Made by a program: the position numbers and the translations under genes. The notes beneath the pieces are model-generated. The model did no database searches and was not told the DNA's origin. It was given only the letters and a program-made list of their open reading frames with translations. From Raphidiopsis brookii D9 (GTDB lineage: Bacteria; Cyanobacteriota; Cyanobacteriia; Cyanobacteriales; Nostocaceae): a stretch of DNA of 32,000 bases. Positions 31,018 to 32,000 of this stretch are shown here, in pieces. The stretch spans positions 1-32,000 of the forward strand of contig ACYB01000038.1 in the NCBI GenBank assembly GCA_000175855.1, written 5' to 3'. How positions within the stretch are numbered: position 1 is the first letter of the stretch; every line of letters begins with the position of its first letter.

Positions 31018-32000
31018 ATGAAAATGATTAACACAAGTGTTTTCTTTTTAAAAACATCCTTCTTACTCTGTAGTTTAGTTTGTTTACTCCCCAATTTAGT
31101 CAAAGCTCAAGATGTTCCTAGTCAACAAGACTTACCAAAAGTTAATCCCGATATACAGTTGTTATTAAGTCAACCTAATCAAGACATACCTTTAAAACTA
31201 GTTGATGCGGTTTATCTGGCTTTACAAAATAATCGAGATGTAAAAATAGCCTATCTGCAGCGTATTGTAGATAAGGCGCGGTTATCTGAATCTGAGTCCA
31301 TATTTAGCCCCACTGTGCGACCCCAGCTATCTTTAAATCTGAATGCGAGGGAACCATTAGACTCAAACTCTACAAAAACAGATATAGGGACCGACACAAC
31401 CGCTGGTGTTGGTGCTGGTATCAGTTTGAAACTGCCCACTGGTGCTTCTTTGAATTTAGGATGGAATGGAGCAAATGTATGGGAGGGTAAGTATAGCAAA
31501 GATTCCTCCAGTTATTTATTCGTAAAAGATCCAAATATTCTCCGTCAAGATGTTAGTTTTAGTATTAGTCAACCTTTGTTGAAAAATTTTGGTGTGTATT
31601 TAAATACTTTAAATCTTAGAAGAGCTAGACTGACAGAAAGCACTAATATCTTGAATTTTAGAAATTCTATTGCCCAAACAATTACAAATTCAGTAGTCAC
31701 CTACAGAAATCTCTTGTTAGCACAGGAAAGATTAAAAATTGAGGAGGATTCTTTCGCTAGCGCTAAAGAGGAACTTGAGAAGTCGCAAGTCCTATTTGCA
31801 GAGGGTAAAATTACCAGAAATGATTTGATTCAACGTCAGGCCGATATTGCCCAAAAAGAATTTAACTTAGTTAATGTAAAAACAAATTTAACTGAAGCGA
31901 TTGCTAGCCTAACCAAACTTACAGACCTACCTTTGAAAATGCTAATTGCTATAGAAAAACCTCTTCCCCCAGACAATTTAAATTTGCCAACTTTTGAGGA
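31018..32000 (+). CDS. TolC-family outer-membrane efflux protein, 5' part (continues beyond the window)
   Basis: Not in the supplied ORF track because it has no stop in the window. My hand translation from the ATG at 31018 is open to 32000. It reads MKMINTSVFFLKTSFLLCSLVCLLPNLVKAQD (signal peptide) ...LKLVDAVYLALQNNRDVKIAYLQRIVDKARLSESESIFSPTV...SISQPLLKNFGVYLNTLNLRRARL...LLLAQERLKIEEDSFASAKEELEKSQVLFAEGKITRNDLIQRQADIAQ, the OEP/TolC repeat pattern. Confidence 0.8.
   Translation, partial: MKMINTSVFFLKTSFLLCSLVCLLPNLVKAQDVPSQQDLPKVNPDIQLLLSQPNQDIPLKLVDAVYLALQNNRDVKIAYLQRIVDKARLSESESIFSPTVRPQLSLNLNAREPLDSNSTKTDIGTDTTAGVGAGISLKLPTGASLNLGWNGANVWEGKYSKDSSSYLFVKDPNILRQDVSFSISQPLLKNFGVYLNTLNLRRARLTESTNILNFRNSIAQTITNSVVTYRNLLLAQERLKIEEDSFASAKEELEKSQVLFAEGKITRNDLIQRQADIAQKEFNLVNVKTNLTEAIASLTKLTDLPLKMLIAIEKPLPPDNLNLPTFE

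Overview
The window looks like chromosomal DNA from a low-GC, probably filamentous (Nostocales-like) cyanobacterium. This rests on about 17 HIP1 octamers (GCGATCGC) and on plant-type ferredoxin petF, CyanoQ psbQ, squalene-hopene cyclase and many cyanobacteria-typical genes. Layout: (1) 1-4030 is a mobile/accessory patch. It holds tandem 73-bp hairpin repeats, a Uma2-family nuclease, an RHH-antitoxin/PIN-toxin pair whose toxin is cut by a 2.17-kb IS4-family element with perfect 59-bp terminal inverted repeats, and an unrelated ABC-ATPase remnant on the other side of the IS. (2) 4078-16730 is mostly core genes: a lipoprotein, a DUF1361 membrane protein, and a hopanoid locus (shc plus an HpnB-like GT2) bracketed by two SpoIID/LytB paralogues. 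It also holds petF, an HTH-GrpE-like protein, small conserved ORFs (one apparently frameshifted), a COG0523 metallochaperone, a biliverdin-reductase-family oxidoreductase and map. (3) 16806-24894 is the most interesting part, a co-directional six-gene cluster. Its genes encode a membrane vWA protein with a Gly-rich TM block and an FHA-like tail, an acidic orphan, a soluble vWA protein, a Zn-ribbon-FHA protein, a pseudokinase-PP2C fusion and a Zn-ribbon Ser/Thr kinase with TPR repeats. It resembles a TerY-P-type phospho-threonine switch, but with unusual parts and no known partner machinery in the window. (4) 24972-32000 holds an FAD oxidoreductase, psbQ, an M48-like protein with a destroyed HExxH motif, a VanX-like dipeptidase, yidD, a CobO-like protein without a Walker A motif, mlaE, and a TolC-like outer-membrane gene that runs off the window and is missing from the ORF track. 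I found no rRNA, tRNA or CRISPR array. All functional calls come from motif and family recognition by eye; no database search was possible.
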